Assembly (NCBI GenBank): GCA_051313645.2
Contig: JBNRSN020000007.1
Coordinates: forward strand, 272,428,001-272,492,000
Source: Centroscyllium fabricii
Lineage: Eukaryota
DNA: 64,000 bases
Direction: 5' to 3'
Of the stretch, positions 60,050 through 64,000 are shown piece by piece (the stretch's first letter is position 1; each line of letters opens with the position of its first letter). A program made the translations under genes and the position numbers. Below the pieces are notes generated by a model that saw only the letters and a list, made by a program, of their open reading frames with translations, made no database searches and had not been told where the DNA came from.

Positions 60050-60524
60050 GTATCATTGTGCTGGGTTAAACTGTTAGATGTGAATTGCTGCTGTTAGATT
60101 AAAACCTGAACTCTAACTCTCAGCACTCTACAGGCTTCATATTTAACAGCTGAATGTGTAAGTTAATATAAAATGCAGTGGGTGTAAGGAGCTGGAGTTG
60201 TGTCCTTTAACTCAATTTGTTTCAGAAAATACTCCTTTGTCCACAAGTGTGTGGTGCTGGCAGAGATATCTGGATCATCTCTTGTCTGAATGGCATGAAC
60301 AGGGGAGAATATAAAGAAATCTAGTGATGGTGAAGAGAACAGGAATTTGAAATATTTTAAAGTTGTGAATAGTTCTGTATGAAAACCTTGACTCAAGTGT
60401 ATAATGATGAATAGGATTTTTTTCTCATAACTTGCAATGGAGAAAAAGACATCTGATTTTGAATGTTGCGTAGTGTTAATGCAATGCTGTTTGACATTTT
60501 TATAAATACAAAACGATCCAGTAC

Positions 60525-60650
60525 CTCTGCCCCAGCTCCAATCCCAGGTCCTGGTGAATCAACCTTCCGCTTCTTCCTGGGGCCAATGGCAGCTAATGCA
60601 GTTAAATTGGCTTCTCGCTGTCTCATCTGAGCCAATTCCTGCTGTTGCAT
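60525..60650 (-). CDS. TAF4: TAF4 penultimate exon (MQQQELAQMRQREANLTALAAIGPRKKRKVDSPGPGIGAGAE)
   Basis: ttcccag acceptor and gag|gtactg donor on minus, 126 bp phase 0-0; hallmark ANLTALAAIGPRKKRK. Confidence 0.96.
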
Positions 60651-60969
60651 CTGGGAATCAAAGAAATGTTCAATTATTCATATGAAGATGTCGACTGTTG
60701 CAGTGCCACGCCTTACTTTGGTTGTTGGTGGTTTCCATATATCATTACAATTTGATAGATGGCTCAATTTCAATTAACACTGGCTGAGTTAAGCAACAGA
60801 CAGTCTTAACTAGCTCGAAATATTAACTTCTTCTAGAAATGGTTAAATATTGTCACGACACAGATCCAGTTTATTGCGCAACTATTACTATTCGTTTTAT
60901 CCACGCTATCTTTGACTCCTACATGGGTAGCAAGAACAATAATTTATATCGTGCCGTATCATTTTTTTC

Positions 60970-62060
60970 TGGATGTCCCAAAGTGCTTCTTAGCCAACTA
61001 ATTACTTTTTGAACTAATTACTTTTTGGAAGTGGTCACTGTTGTTCCTTGGGCAAATGCAGCAACCAATCTTTGTATTGTAAGCTCCCACAAACAGCAAA
61101 TTAGACAAATGACCAGTGAACATCTTTTGGGTGATTGAGGGAAGAATGTTGACCAAGGCACCGGGAGAACTCCCTGCCGGCGTGCCATCAGATCTTTACA
61201 TTCACTTGAACAGGCAAACCTCTCATTCAGAAGACGGCACTTCCAACAATGAAGGTTGCTGGACACGTAAACAAGGTGGTTAAGAAGGCATACGGAATTC
61301 TGGCCTTTATTAACCAGGGCATAGTGTACAAAAGTAGGGAGGTAATGTTAAACTTGTATAACACGCTGGTGAGACCTCAGCTGGAGTACTGTGTGCAGTT
61401 CTGGTCACCGCACTTCAGGAAGGATGTGGTTGCCCTGGAGAGGGTGCAGAGAAGGTTTACCAGGATGATACCTGGTCTGGGGGACTTATGCTACGAGGAA
61501 AGGCTGGACAGGCTGGGGTTGTTTGCCTTGTAGAAGAGAAGATTGAGGGGTGACATGATCGAGGTATACAGGATCATGAGGGGACACGATAAGGTGGATA
61601 AAGGGGCATTGTTTCCCTTGGTGGGAGAGTCAAGTACCAGGGGACATAGATTCAAGATTAGGGGGGGGAGGTTTAGGGGGGAGGTAAGGAGAAATTTCTT
61701 TACTCAGAGGGTGGTGGAAGTGTGGAACTCCCTGCCTGTAAGGGTGGTGGAGGCAGAAACCATCGCAACATTTTAAAAAAATTTGGACCAGCACATGAAG
61801 GACCGTAACATACAGGGTTATGGGCCAGATGCGGGCAAATGGGGTTAGTATAGTGAGGAGTTTCCTGGGCCGGTGCGCACTGGATGGGCCGAATGGCCTT
61901 TATCCGCACTGTAAAGTTTCTATGATTCTATGAATGCGGCACCCCCTCAGTACTACACTGAAGTGTCAGCCTAGGTTATGAGTTCATGTCCTGGCATGGA
62001 GCATGAACCCACAACCTTCTGACTCGATACAAGAGTGCTTCCAACTAAGCCAAGGTAACC
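60970..62060 (-). mobile_element. Deu-SINE (SacSINE1-like), split by CR1 (pieces 60970-61248 and 61933-62060)
   Basis: Homologous to 45-371; cacttccaaca|atgcggcaccccctcagtact is continuous across the insertion. Confidence 0.72.
61249..61932 (+). mobile_element. CR1 LINE 3' part
   Basis: ORFs 61249-61533 and 61543-61776; tail ttctatgattctatga. Confidence 0.9.
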
Positions 62061-62309
62061 CCTACAAATATAGCTAATATTTCTACATTCTGTGACCTCA
62101 AGAAAAAAATAGCACAACTGATGCTGAAATCTGTCATCACAGAAACTAGCAACAGTTGTCAGAGTAATCAGTTCATTTATACAAATCACTATCTAAACAG
62201 TGCTGAACATATTGGTAGGTTTATCTCAATTGTGAGAAATTTCCTAGTTAGTTATGAAAAGACACCTGTCAGTGATATCAAAATCAACACACAAAATTTT
62301 ACAATTATA

Positions 62310-64000
62310 TTAAAAAGAGGAATGTTGGCCCCTTGAACTGATAACGGTGGTATTTATTGTCAATAAGGAAATGGCAGAAATGTTGAATAAATAGTTTGCA
62401 TCAGTAGTTACAGTAGAGGAAGAGGTTAGCATGCCAGAGATCCCAAGGAAATTAACAGTGAATCGGGGACAGGGACTCAACAAAATTAATGTAAGCAAAA
62501 TAACAGTAATGAAGAAAATAATAGTACTAAAGAGTGACATCTTCAGAACCAGATAGTTTTCATCCCAGGGTTTTAAAGGAAGTAGGTGAGCACATTGCAG
62601 ATGCCGTAACTATAATCTTCCAAAGTTCTTGATTCAGGAACTGTTCCGTTTTAGATTGGAAAATTGCGCTATTTAAAAACGGAGAGAGGGAAATCAGGGA
62701 AATTATAGACCAGTTGGCCTAAAATCTGTTGTTGGGGAAATTATCGGGAAATTACTAGTCTATAATTAAGGATAGGGTGACTGAACACCTTGAACATTTT
62801 CAACTGATCAGAGATCATGGATTCTTAAAAGGTAGGTCATGCCTGACGAACCAAAGAGGTGACCAAAGTAGTGGATGTTGTTTATATGGACTTCCAGAAG
62901 GCATTTGATAAAGTCCCATATAAGAGACTGTTAACATGGAATTGAAAGCAAATTATTGACCTGCTTAGCAAATTGGCTGGGCAGCATGAGCCAGAGAGTA
63001 GGGATAATGGGTAGGTACTCTAATTGGCAGGATGTGACTAGTGGTGTCCTGCAGGGATCTGTGTTGGGGCCTCAACTATTCACTGCATTTATTAATGACT
63101 TGGATAATGGGATAGAAAACCACATATCCAAATTTGCCAATGACTCCAAGATAGGCGGCATTGTAGGCAGTGTAGATGAAAGCATAAAATTACAGGTTGA
63201 AGTTCATTAAACCGGCAGGGTCGGGACCAGCACCCTGCCGGATTGTTGAAAACGCCGAATTGTTGAAGCCACGGCGGCGCATGTGCAGAACATTCAAAAT
63301 GGCCGACGTGAAATTTTCAATGCTCTGCGCATGCGCTCGCCGGTACCTGGCAGTTCATTTTCGGCCCAAGGGTCGGGTGGAACTCTCACTCGATTCTGCT
63401 GCGGATCACGGAGCGGCCTGCACGGCTTCAGCGAGCCTGAGGCCCAATGCGCGGCTCGAGCCCGGCTCGCGTGACGCCACTGCACGCCAGCTTCGGAACG
63501 CGGTGACGTCAGCACGCAGCCAGGCCGGAGCCTCCGGCAGCGATGGGCACCGAGAATTGCCTGTATCGCGTCCTGCGAAAGGCGGCTGGCACAACAGCTC
63601 ATCTTCTGGGCCTGGGATTCACCATCGGCATCGGGGTGGTCACTAAGCCCGGATCCAGTGAGTATATGTTAGGTGAAAGGGAAGCCCAGCCCCGACGGCG
63701 GCCATTTTGAATTGTCTGCGCATGCGCCGGGGCAGTCGGGAAAATCTGTGCCAGACGACTGAAGCTGCCGGTTTTTCGGGTGCCGGATTAATGAACTTAA
63801 ACCTGTACAAAGATATTGACAGATTACGTGAATGGGCAAAACTCTGGCAAATGGATTTCAATGTAGGCAAATGTGAGGTCATCCACTTTGGACCTAAAAA
63901 GGATAGAACAGGGTACTTCCTAAATGGTGCAAAGCTAAAACCAGTGGAGGTCCAAAGAGCCTTGGAGTCCAGGTACATAGATCATTAAAATGTCATGAAC
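62310..64000 (+). mobile_element. Degenerate CR1 LINE (RT region), continues past the window edge
   Basis: YMDFQKAFDKV, QGSVLGPQLF, KFAND, DIDRLREWAKLWQMDFNVGKC; split by a MITE. Confidence 0.85.
63193..63805. mobile_element. Tc1/mariner-type MITE related to the 30214-30731 family
   Basis: Terminal inverted repeats caggttgaagttcattaaaccggca / tgccggattaatgaacttaaacctg. Removing the element and one TA restores the host CR1 frame (SIKLQ.DIDRL). Confidence 0.88.

Noticed and set aside
63197-63646. 149-aa GC-rich ORF or CpG-island promoter
   Set aside because: It lies wholly within a TA-flanked MITE inserted in a CR1 copy.

Overview
Vertebrate genomic DNA, almost certainly from a cartilaginous fish (shark-type V-SINEs and Deu-SINEs plus CR1, Rex1/Babar and Penelope repeats); all family assignments are by eye, with no database search. 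Two host genes converge tail-to-tail. On +, nine exons form the 3' part of a B-Myb gene (MYBL2; 1227-31281, with consistent splice phases). On -, two exons form the end of TAF4 (60650-60525 and 51655-51491). The rest is dense, often nested mobile DNA. The most notable non-genic signal is a set of three target-site-duplication (TSD)-flanked 'hairpin + ~35-40 nt tail' elements (4926-5287, 14136-14637, 44776-45665). Each arm carries a minimal hammerhead-ribozyme motif, and one element keeps a Penelope ORF C-terminus in its loop. Also notable: a 5S-rRNA-headed SINE with a Rex1-type tail, inverted repeat pairs bracketing MYBL2 exons (circRNA or skipping candidates), a MITE family carrying NRF1/YY1-like motif arrays, a CpG-rich Harbinger-type MITE, an LF-SINE-like relic, and a MYBL2-TAF4 adjacency that differs from human gene order. 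Most repeat boundaries are approximate.
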